31,178 nt of DNA from an uncultured bacterium (lineage in GTDB: Bacteria > Macinerneyibacteriota > Macinerneyibacteria > Macinerneyibacteriales > DSCS01). Position numbers and translations under genes: made by a program. Within the stretch, counting starts at the first letter, position 1. The number at the start of each line of letters is the position of its first letter. Below the pieces are notes generated by a model that made no database searches, was not told the DNA's origin, and saw only the letters and a list, made by a program, of their open reading frames with translations. The DNA lies in NCBI GenBank assembly GCA_964548195.1, contig CAZJQC010000011.1:1-31178 (forward strand). Direction: 5' to 3'. Of the stretch, positions 19,167 to 26,721 are shown in pieces.

Positions 19167-20219
19167 TTATTCTTCCTCAAATCCCCTTAAGATTATTCTC
19201 AATCCGATCGAGTCGTCTTGTCTGAAAAGAATTAGTTTTTTATAAGCAACGCCGATCCTTAATATGTCACCGGGTGGAGTTTTGTCATAGATCTCTATAT
19301 ATCCGGCATCCGAATCGACTCTTTTGTTTTCAGCCTTATAGCTTAACGATGCAGATTTGATTTTTACGTATTTTGTGCGATCCTGAACATAGACAGTCGC
19401 ATTTTTTAACATTCCGCGCTCATCCTGAACAGAGTCAGATCCGGAAATTATTAAAAAATCCTCATAGTTTCCAAGATCAGGGCGTTTAAAAGCTTCCTTT
19501 TTATTCAGGACCCAATTTCTGTCACCCTTTTTGTACAGTTCGATTGTGTAATCCAATAATTCCGGGCCTCCGTGTCTTCCGTGTCCCGGAACGATAACTT
19601 TTGCCGCGCCATATTCTTTTTTTATCCGCTCCGCTGTTTCAGACCACTTTTCCAAGTTCGCATCGCCAATATTTCCTGCCCATCCATTGTGATTTCTTAT
19701 TCCATTTCCTCCAAAAAGGACTTGTTCGCCCGGAAACCATACGACGATTCCATCTTTCGTGTGCGCTTCTCCAAGAAAATGGCAAATCACTTTGTTGGCG
19801 CCGACTCTTAATTCAAGTCTGGGGTCAAATCCGATCTCCGGAACCGGCAATCCTTTCTCTTTTGCTATTATCTTTGTTAATTCATAAGAATATGATCTTA
19901 TATCATTTCTTTTCACTACATCTAGTCCCTCCATAGCGTCCGTATGCCACCTGTCGATTATATATCCGACGATCCTGGCTTTGCATTCCTTTTTTACCCA
20001 GTCGATCAGCTCTTGAGTCTCGATGTCCGAATCGGGCGTTGAGACGATAATCGCATCCCCCTCACTGATGTAAACCATCCCATTATTGTTATTCTGTGTA
20101 TGAATATAACAATTTTCAGACAGCTTGATCAGTGTCAGATTTTCTGAAACTTCAATACTTTGGCCGAATAAGCGGGCAGCAGTCAAGAGAATAATAATCG
20201 TCAGTACCGGATTTTTCAT
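19167..20219 (-). CDS. Exported subclass-B1 (CcrA/CfiA-like) metallo-beta-lactamase-fold protein with non-canonical metal ligands and a C-terminal extension
   Basis: Signal peptide MKNPVLTIIILLTAARLFG. NGMV, AKEKGLPVPE.GF, LGEAHT, IVVW.P..VLFGG, GNIGDA and VPGHG are colinear with CcrA as recalled. Motifs read RWHTD (for HxHxD) and GGN (for GGC). Confidence 0.85.
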   Translation of the reverse strand: MKNPVLTIIILLTAARLFGQSIEVSENLTLIKLSENCYIHTQNNNNGMVYISEGDAIIVSTPDSDIETQELIDWVKKECKARIVGYIIDRWHTDAMEGLDVVKRNDIRSYSYELTKIIAKEKGLPVPEIGFDPRLELRVGANKVICHFLGEAHTKDGIVVWFPGEQVLFGGNGIRNHNGWAGNIGDANLEKWSETAERIKKEYGAAKVIVPGHGRHGGPELLDYTIELYKKGDRNWVLNKKEAFKRPDLGNYEDFLIISGSDSVQDERGMLKNATVYVQDRTKYVKIKSASLSYKAENKRVDSDAGYIEIYDKTPPGDILRIGVAYKKLILFRQDDSIGLRIILRGFEEE

Positions 20220-20275
20220 CTGATTTTCCTTTTTATTAGTTTTCACATGCCCCATAATATCCGCATCGGCAAAAG

Positions 20276-20340
20276 ATCACCTTTATCCAGTGGAAAGACC
20301 TTCGATCTTTAAGAAAACCCATATGCTTTCATACGCATAA
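20276..20340. repeat. Degenerate 65-nt direct repeat, copy B (decayed remnant of the ABC ATPase 5' end)
   Basis: Matches 19034-19098. The ATG equivalent to 19072 is lost and a 1-nt insertion is present. Confidence 0.9.
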
Positions 20341-20375
20341 AAAACGGATGGCAACGACTCGTTGCCACCCGTTTT
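20339..20375. terminator. Intrinsic terminator after the DUF4139 gene
   Basis: AAAACGG-A-TGGCAACG-act-CGTTGCCA-C-CCGTTTT hairpin with a T-tract on the minus strand. Confidence 0.85.
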
Positions 20376-20398
20376 AAGGACTTAAATAGGGACCGCGG

Positions 20399-21739
20399 TC
20401 AATATTCGGTCCGTATCTCAAACTGAAAGCTTTTTTCCTCGTTTCCCGTCAGCTTCACCGGGAAGACAAGGTTGCGGCTCTTTTTGTCTTCCGGCTCTAT
20501 CTCACTTACCGTCAGCTCGTCGTTGACCTGGCGCCTGAACTCGGCATAGACGGTCGCGCTTTCATCTTTCCTGTTTTTCAATGTCACTTTATAAACCGTG
20601 ACATAGGTGTCTTTTCTGATCTTTTCCCTTTTCAATGTCTCGGTGGAACCCGTGACATCAAAGGAATCGCCGATATAGAGGGATATCTTTTCATTTTTAG
20701 GCGTATGGACGATATTGTCATTGCCCACAAACTGCACATTCCCCCTCTTATCCCTCTTGTATATTGAGAATATCCCCGCCGGCATGGGGATGCCCAGACC
20801 GTTATTTTCCTTGTTCTCGAACTCTATCTTGACGTTGACTTTTTTATTGTAATCGTTGATAGCGTACACAAGCCTTTTGTTCACCTTTGCCTTTACGGGC
20901 GGGAAAAAAGGCAGTTCCTTGTCCTGTCTCGGACCTATCGAGACCTTTCTGCCCACGGTGTAAAGATGGTATTCCATCAATGATTCTTCCGAGACGCCGG
21001 CTTCTTCATCATAAGCCACCATCTCCACGGCCATCGACTTTGCTCTGTTGTTTGAATAGCCGGTTGTTTTCTTCACATCCCCGGCCATAAGCTGCAATTC
21101 GGTCTTTTCAAATTTCTTGCCGGAGTTGTTGTTGAGCTGTATCCAGGATATCAGCATGCCTGATCTTTCATCTTCTTCCAGCGTCATGTTGTATTTCGCA
21201 TTCCAGCTCATACCGTTGAGCATATAAGAGAGGTTGAAATCCCGCCCCCCTGTGACATCGCTTTTTATGAGCCATGAAAGGGTCGGTTTGATATTCAAAT
21301 CCCCGGTCCGTTCGAATATGATCTTCATGATCTCGCTGCTTATTATCGATATGATGCCGTTGTCGGTCTGTATCATCACTGAGTAGGAGTCTACTGCGAG
21401 CAAAGTGCCTTTGTACTCGTTCTTGTCCCTTGAAAAGACGCGTATGGTCTTCCCCAGTTTTTTCTTGAGCATCGCCGACGTGTTTACGAGGTCATAATCG
21501 AAATTCTGTTCAAGTATGACTATTCCGCTCCCGCCCGACGAAGGGTATATGGTTATTGAGCCCGTATCTATAGTTTCGGGCACATCATCCAGGACATATG
21601 TCTCCACGCCATCTTTCATTGTGAACCTGACCTTGTCGCCGTAGAGAGCGTAACCGTCATTGTAAACCGTCAGGTTTTCAGCCGTTGCGCCCGCCGCAAG
21701 AAAGAGAAGCGGCAGTGTGAACATAAATATTTTTTTCAT
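20399..21739 (-). CDS. Exported DUF4139 domain-containing protein
   Basis: Signal peptide, LTVYNDGYAL, EQNFDYDL, PTLSWL, LSYM..GMSW.A.Y, NNSG, EYHLY and GLGIPMPAG; GGAGGTG RBS before ATG 21739. Confidence 0.8.
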   Translation of the reverse strand: MKKIFMFTLPLLFLAAGATAENLTVYNDGYALYGDKVRFTMKDGVETYVLDDVPETIDTGSITIYPSSGGSGIVILEQNFDYDLVNTSAMLKKKLGKTIRVFSRDKNEYKGTLLAVDSYSVMIQTDNGIISIISSEIMKIIFERTGDLNIKPTLSWLIKSDVTGGRDFNLSYMLNGMSWNAKYNMTLEEDERSGMLISWIQLNNNSGKKFEKTELQLMAGDVKKTTGYSNNRAKSMAVEMVAYDEEAGVSEESLMEYHLYTVGRKVSIGPRQDKELPFFPPVKAKVNKRLVYAINDYNKKVNVKIEFENKENNGLGIPMPAGIFSIYKRDKRGNVQFVGNDNIVHTPKNEKISLYIGDSFDVTGSTETLKREKIRKDTYVTVYKVTLKNRKDESATVYAEFRRQVNDELTVSEIEPEDKKSRNLVFPVKLTGNEEKSFQFEIRTEY

Positions 21740-21757
21740 AAAACACCTCCATAGGGA

Positions 21758-21785
21758 ATTATATGTCAATAAGATAAAATATCAA
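21758..21785 (-). promoter_or_regulatory. Promoter for the DUF4139 gene
   Basis: TTGATA-N16-TATAAT. Confidence 0.75.
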
Positions 21786-21791
21786 TAGCTT

Positions 21792-21819
21792 AAAAAAAAG
21801 GCCCGCTTATGCGGGCCTT
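21792..21819 (-). terminator. Intrinsic terminator after tRNA-Thr
   Basis: Minus strand AAGGCCCGC-ataa-GCGGGCC followed by T8. Confidence 0.92.
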
Positions 21820-21822
21820 CTA

Positions 21823-21894
21823 AGCTGGTGAGCGGAGTTGAACCGCTGACCGACGGTTTACGAAACCGTTGCTCTACCTCTGAGCTACACCAGC
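21823..21894 (-). tRNA. tRNA-Thr(CGT)
   Basis: Acceptor GCTGGTG/CACCAGC, anticodon arm ACGGT-TTCGTAA-ACCGT and GGTTCAACTCC; CCA not encoded. Confidence 0.96.
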
Positions 21895-21900
21895 CTTTCT

Positions 21901-23277
21901 TTATTTTCTTTCCAGTTCAACGGTGAAATGCCTGAGAATAGGTGCTTCTTTTACCACCTTGAAGCCTTTTTTCAGGGTGTCACGCCGATCCATGACGTTT
22001 TTCAGTGATGCCGCTATATAATCCATATGGTTGTTTGTATATACTCGTCTGGGTATGGCCAGCCTCAGCAGTTCAAGGCGGGGCAATCTGTCTTTGCCGG
22101 TCTCGGGGTCCCTGTCGGCAAGCAGTGTGCCTATTTCAACGCCTCTTACTCCGGACTCAATATACAGCTCGACTCCCAGAAGTTGTGCGGTGTATTCTTC
22201 CTGAGGTATATGGGGGAAAAATCTCTTCGCATCCACAAAAACTGCATGCCCTCCGAAAGGTTCCTGCACGGGCACCCCGTATTCCTTGCATTTTTCTCCG
22301 AGATAGGCGATCTGATTCACTCTGGATTCAAGATAATCGAACTCGGTGCTTTCGTCGAGTCCCTGAGCCATGGCGCCGAGATCCCTTCCCGAAAGGCCGC
22401 CGTATGTAAGATATCCCTCACACATGATGCTGAATACCGAGACGCTTTCCTTCAGCGAGGGGTCCCTGAAACCTACCATGCCGCCCATATTGGCAATGGC
22501 ATCTTTTTTAGCACTCATCGTGAACCCGTCCACATGAGAGAACATCTCCCTGACTATTTCCTTGATCGTCTTGTCGGCGTAGCCCTTCTCGCGGATCTTT
22601 ATGAAATAAGCGTTTTCGGCAAAACGGGCCGCATCAAAAAACAGTCTTATTCCATACTTTTTGCACATCCTGGAGACAGACTCGATGTTTTCCATGGACA
22701 CCGGCTGTCCGCCGGCGGAATTGCAAGTCACTGTCAGTATTACCAGAGGTATCTTTTCAGCAGGCGTCTCCTTGAAGACTTTTTCCAGCTTTGCCAGGTC
22801 GACATTGCCCTTAAAGGGATGGTACACCGTAGTGTCGAACGCCTCGTCTATGGTGCAATCCACAGCATGTGCCTTCCTGAATTCTATATGTCCCTTTGTG
22901 GTATCAAAATGTGAGTTCCCGGGCACGACATCGCCGTTCTTTACCAAGGCCGAAAAAAGGACGTTTTCAGCAGCCCTGCCCTGATGGGTGGGCAGAAAGT
23001 GGGGTATGCCGAGAATATTTTCCACTATATCCTTTAATTTATAATAAGACCGCGCGCCCGCGTAACTTTCATCACCGATCATTATTTCGGCCCATTGTTT
23101 GTCACTCATGGCATTGGTCCCCGAATCAGTCAGAAGATCAATAAAAACATAATCACTTTTCAGGTTGAAAAGGTTGTAGCGTGCTTCCTTTATCCACACC
23201 TCCCTCTCCTCGCGCGTACTCCGCTTGATCATCTCAACACTTTTAATTCTGTATGGTTCAGCGAATGGTAGTTTCAT
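21901..23277 (-). CDS. tnaA: Tryptophanase
   Basis: EPYRIKSVE, IDLLTDSGT, HQGRAAE and MSAKKD (PLP Lys). FDTT and LRHFT are tryptophanase-type rather than tyrosine phenol-lyase type (FTTT, LRFFT). Confidence 0.9.
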   Translation of the reverse strand: MKLPFAEPYRIKSVEMIKRSTREEREVWIKEARYNLFNLKSDYVFIDLLTDSGTNAMSDKQWAEIMIGDESYAGARSYYKLKDIVENILGIPHFLPTHQGRAAENVLFSALVKNGDVVPGNSHFDTTKGHIEFRKAHAVDCTIDEAFDTTVYHPFKGNVDLAKLEKVFKETPAEKIPLVILTVTCNSAGGQPVSMENIESVSRMCKKYGIRLFFDAARFAENAYFIKIREKGYADKTIKEIVREMFSHVDGFTMSAKKDAIANMGGMVGFRDPSLKESVSVFSIMCEGYLTYGGLSGRDLGAMAQGLDESTEFDYLESRVNQIAYLGEKCKEYGVPVQEPFGGHAVFVDAKRFFPHIPQEEYTAQLLGVELYIESGVRGVEIGTLLADRDPETGKDRLPRLELLRLAIPRRVYTNNHMDYIAASLKNVMDRRDTLKKGFKVVKEAPILRHFTVELERK

Positions 23278-23296
23278 CTTTCCTCCTTCGCAGCCC

Positions 23297-23324
23297 ATTA
23301 TATCAATTTAGCTTTTTTTTGCAA
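23297..23324 (-). promoter_or_regulatory. Promoter for tnaA-tRNA-Thr
   Basis: TTGCAA-N16-TATAAT with an extended -10 TG. Confidence 0.8.
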
Positions 23325-23333
23325 CAGGTTTTT

Positions 23334-26300
23334 TTAATATCGGAATTTGAATTTCAGGCCGATGTTATATTTATAGTCACCGCTGTCCTCCATCGCGCCG
23401 GTCTCCACGGAAAGGTTTCTATTGAAATAATAGATAAAATCAAATCTTCTTGTCTCGCCTCTTATAAATTCATCCTTGTAAGTGATATATAAGTTGGGAT
23501 TTAAGTATTTTCCCACCTCGACATCAAGATACGGATTGTCTGAATAGAGCAGATTGCCCCTCACACTGAATGTATCCACCAGCCGCCTGCTGTGAATTGA
23601 GCCAAGCAGTGTTTTTTGAAGGTAATCCGTTGCAAACTCACCCATTTTTTCAGCGACCGCGTCGCTTCCCGAAAAGTCATCCGGGGTGCGGTTGAAGGTG
23701 AGCAAAGACACGAGGTCCTCGTTGCCAAGCGTGGGATCGTCACTTATGAGCAAGACATCGGGGTTGTCCACATAACCTGAGATCTTGAGCGTTATTGTTA
23801 GTTTTTCCTTGTAAAAGACATCGGATTCCCCCACAAGGGTAATACGCGGCATCGTGCCGGGAGAATTCGCAAAAGTGAGCCGCCCTGTTGTTATGCGAAA
23901 CGGCACGTTAAGAAAATCCACTGTTCCCTTTACGGTCTCTATGTCGCCGGAAAAATATACATCCCCGTTGCTTCTGACTCTTTTATAATAAAAATCCGTC
24001 GACAGTTCCAGGTTGGCATTTCCGTTGTTAAGCCAGACGTCGTTTTTTGCCACGATCCTGATATTCATGTTCATGCCGGTTATTTCCTTTTCGGCATAGG
24101 GATTGTCAAATATGTCGGAGAACTCCGCGTCCACATAGCCGTTTTCCACATCCACCCTCCCCTCCATCAGCACCGATTCGCCCTTTCCTGTCAACGCCAC
24201 TTCCCCTCCGGCTCTGCCGCTGAAAAACCATATTCCGCTCACATCGGCATCGCTGAAAGATATCTTAAGCGACAGTTCACTGTCGTATATGAAGTCCTTT
24301 ATGCCGCCGGATATTCTGAACTTGCCGTCGTCGCCGGAGACTCCGGCGAATGAGTTGATACGTATCTTGTTGTTTTTAATCACGGCGTCTCCATGGAGGC
24401 CGTCCACCACAAGATCGCCAAGACCAAAGACGATCAACTGAGTGTCATAGAGGGATATGTCGGCGTCGACATGCATCTTGCCATCGTAGTGAAACCGGGC
24501 AGGGCCCGAAAAGGTCCCCTGGGTGACCGAAACGCCGTCAGTGGCGAAATTGACCAAAAACGAAGAATACATCCTCTTGATCTCGCCGGAGACAAGCACT
24601 TCAAAATCATTGTCCGGAACATGCTTTATATAGCCGTCAAGCTCATTCTCCGTCCCGCCGACGGAGAACATGAGCCTCTGAAAATCGAGCACGTCATCAC
24701 TCAATGAGGCATCAAAGAGAAAACTGTCGAAAACTATCTCTTCAAAACCTGAAATATCAGCCGTGACAACGCCGGCATTGATCTTGATCCGGCCCGAAGA
24801 AAACTTTTTGTCACTTATTGCCATATTTGCATCTATGTCCATCCTTCCGTTAAGGTCAGGCAGCAATCCGAAGATATCATTTATCTCCTTCAATTCGACT
24901 CCGCCCCGGAGCGACATCTTTATTCGCTCCCCGTCACTGAAACTAAGATCGCCATTAAGTCCTGACCGCGGCGAATCAATATAGGCGCCCCTTAGATCGA
25001 CCGTCTTTCCGTCGGCGCTCAGTTCCGAAAAGCCGAAACTGATCTCGGGATATTCTTCCGTACGTATTGTATTCCTGCTGCTTTCGAATATCCATGATCC
25101 GCGGTCCATCTTCGCATTCAGGTCAAGAGTCATGTATTCACGAGGGTTAAAATAGAATATCGTCCTTCTTGAAATGAAAAACCCGTCAGGCTTAAAATAG
25201 ATATCTGATTTGCCTTTTTCCGATACAAGTTTCCCGTCCACATGAAATCCCTGGTAAAATACATCGGCATTAAGTGTCTCGCCCAACGAGATGAACGCTT
25301 CCAGTGAATCCAAGGTATAACGTCCGTCATAACTAAGGTCTCTGAACCCGACATATCCTGAAAACGAATCACCGGTGGCGTCCCTGTTCGCAAGGCCTTT
25401 TAACTTGACCGTGCCCTCGAGAGTCTTTATGGGGCGTATCTTATTAATATCTATGCCCTCCATATCGACTTCAAAATTATAGTATTTTTTATAATAATCG
25501 CCTTTTATACTTATGAATCCCTCGCCCACATCAGCGTAAAACCGGCTTATCCGAATCAGGTCCCCCTCTTTGACGAAATCAATGTCGCCGTTCCGTATGG
25601 TGTCATCACCGATTTTGCCGTTCAAACCCTTCATGGAAAAATTGCCGTCCAACCCAACTACGGCAGCGCCTTCGCCGCTAAAAGTTATATTGCCGTTAAG
25701 ATCCGTATCAATGCCAAGGTCGCTCCAGATCAAGTTCGCGTCGATATCCCTGAACTCGAGCATTCCCGACACCCTGAACATATCGCCTGAGCCTATGCTC
25801 AGGTTCCCGAACAACTCCCCGCCACCGGCTTTCAGGGATATATCGGAGACATTGAGCTGTTTGTTTCCATACGATACCTGATATGTCCCGTCATTCAGGT
25901 CCAGTCCGGCATATTTGACATCCGTAGTGCTCAGATTTCCTTTAAAACCAGGGGCGGAGGGTTTTCCCCTGAATTTACCGCGGATGCCGAAAAAACCGCT
26001 TATATCGCTGTTCAAAAAGGACATCGGAATATAATCCGTTTCCACCAGTATCTCAGAATCATGTGAGCCAAGCTCACCCTTTATGAGTATTTTGCCGGCT
26101 GAGACATCCCCCATCACGTTAAAGTATGCGACATCGTCCCGGAAAGCCACGGTGGAGTTTGTCAACTTGATGTCTTCCCCGGAAAACACGCCCCGGATCT
26201 CACGTACGCTGATCTGCTTTCTTACGGCGTCACTGTTAAGGGCTATTGAGGAGTCTGTGATCTTCACAAAACGGCCATTCCCAAAGTTGACATACACGTC

Positions 26301-26717
26301 TTCAAGTCTGACCGAATAAATATTTAACGGAGTGCCGTCTCCCCTGGGGCCGCCCGAAGATATGTCGGCGATAAACGCGCGAAGGTCCGCCCAGTGTATG
26401 ATTCCGTCCTTTATCCTCAATTGTATTATGGAGAAATTTCCCCTTTTCATGAAAACGGTGGGAGAAAGATATATCGTGATCTCCCTGACAAGGCTCTCTT
26501 TGCCTATATTGATACCCTCCGCCTTCATCTTAAGTGGGAAGGAATAAGAAAACCGTATGGAGGTGGAATCTATGCCGTATGAGTCCGCCGCCGGCTTTAT
26601 TATATTTTTTAATATGTAATCATCTATTTTAACGTATACAAGGACCGCATAGGCAAATGTCAGTATCAAAGCTGCTGCGGTGAGGTCTTTTAAAAGTGTC
26701 CTTAAATATTTTCTCAT
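23334..26717 (-). CDS. Translocation/assembly module TamB-like (AsmA-like) protein
   Basis: About 1127 aa with an N-terminal TM anchor, long Gly-rich beta repeats and a DUF490-like C-terminus (VEVGKYLNPNLYITY...LKFKFRY); lies downstream of an Omp85 gene. Confidence 0.85.
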   Translation of the reverse strand: MRKYLRTLLKDLTAAALILTFAYAVLVYVKIDDYILKNIIKPAADSYGIDSTSIRFSYSFPLKMKAEGINIGKESLVREITIYLSPTVFMKRGNFSIIQLRIKDGIIHWADLRAFIADISSGGPRGDGTPLNIYSVRLEDVYVNFGNGRFVKITDSSIALNSDAVRKQISVREIRGVFSGEDIKLTNSTVAFRDDVAYFNVMGDVSAGKILIKGELGSHDSEILVETDYIPMSFLNSDISGFFGIRGKFRGKPSAPGFKGNLSTTDVKYAGLDLNDGTYQVSYGNKQLNVSDISLKAGGGELFGNLSIGSGDMFRVSGMLEFRDIDANLIWSDLGIDTDLNGNITFSGEGAAVVGLDGNFSMKGLNGKIGDDTIRNGDIDFVKEGDLIRISRFYADVGEGFISIKGDYYKKYYNFEVDMEGIDINKIRPIKTLEGTVKLKGLANRDATGDSFSGYVGFRDLSYDGRYTLDSLEAFISLGETLNADVFYQGFHVDGKLVSEKGKSDIYFKPDGFFISRRTIFYFNPREYMTLDLNAKMDRGSWIFESSRNTIRTEEYPEISFGFSELSADGKTVDLRGAYIDSPRSGLNGDLSFSDGERIKMSLRGGVELKEINDIFGLLPDLNGRMDIDANMAISDKKFSSGRIKINAGVVTADISGFEEIVFDSFLFDASLSDDVLDFQRLMFSVGGTENELDGYIKHVPDNDFEVLVSGEIKRMYSSFLVNFATDGVSVTQGTFSGPARFHYDGKMHVDADISLYDTQLIVFGLGDLVVDGLHGDAVIKNNKIRINSFAGVSGDDGKFRISGGIKDFIYDSELSLKISFSDADVSGIWFFSGRAGGEVALTGKGESVLMEGRVDVENGYVDAEFSDIFDNPYAEKEITGMNMNIRIVAKNDVWLNNGNANLELSTDFYYKRVRSNGDVYFSGDIETVKGTVDFLNVPFRITTGRLTFANSPGTMPRITLVGESDVFYKEKLTITLKISGYVDNPDVLLISDDPTLGNEDLVSLLTFNRTPDDFSGSDAVAEKMGEFATDYLQKTLLGSIHSRRLVDTFSVRGNLLYSDNPYLDVEVGKYLNPNLYITYKDEFIRGETRRFDFIYYFNRNLSVETGAMEDSGDYKYNIGLKFKFRY

Positions 26718-26721
26718 ATGA

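Noticed and set aside
19167..20219. Calling this gene a functional carbapenem-resistance gene (cfiA/ccrA)
   Set aside because: Two of the six zinc ligands and the L3 loop are altered, so activity cannot be assumed.
21823..21894. tRNA-Thr as the integration site of a genomic island
   Set aside because: I found no duplicated tRNA 3' end and no integrase in the window, and a normal terminator follows directly.
22027..22914. Long plus-strand ORFs (for example 22027-22914, 3111-3890, 16235-16999, 7060-7686, 15207-15830)
   Set aside because: They are antisense shadows of well-conserved minus-strand genes, with no recognisable motifs or RBS.
21901..23277. Tyrosine phenol-lyase assignment
   Set aside because: The diagnostic residues (FDTT, SAKKD, LRHFT) match tryptophanase.
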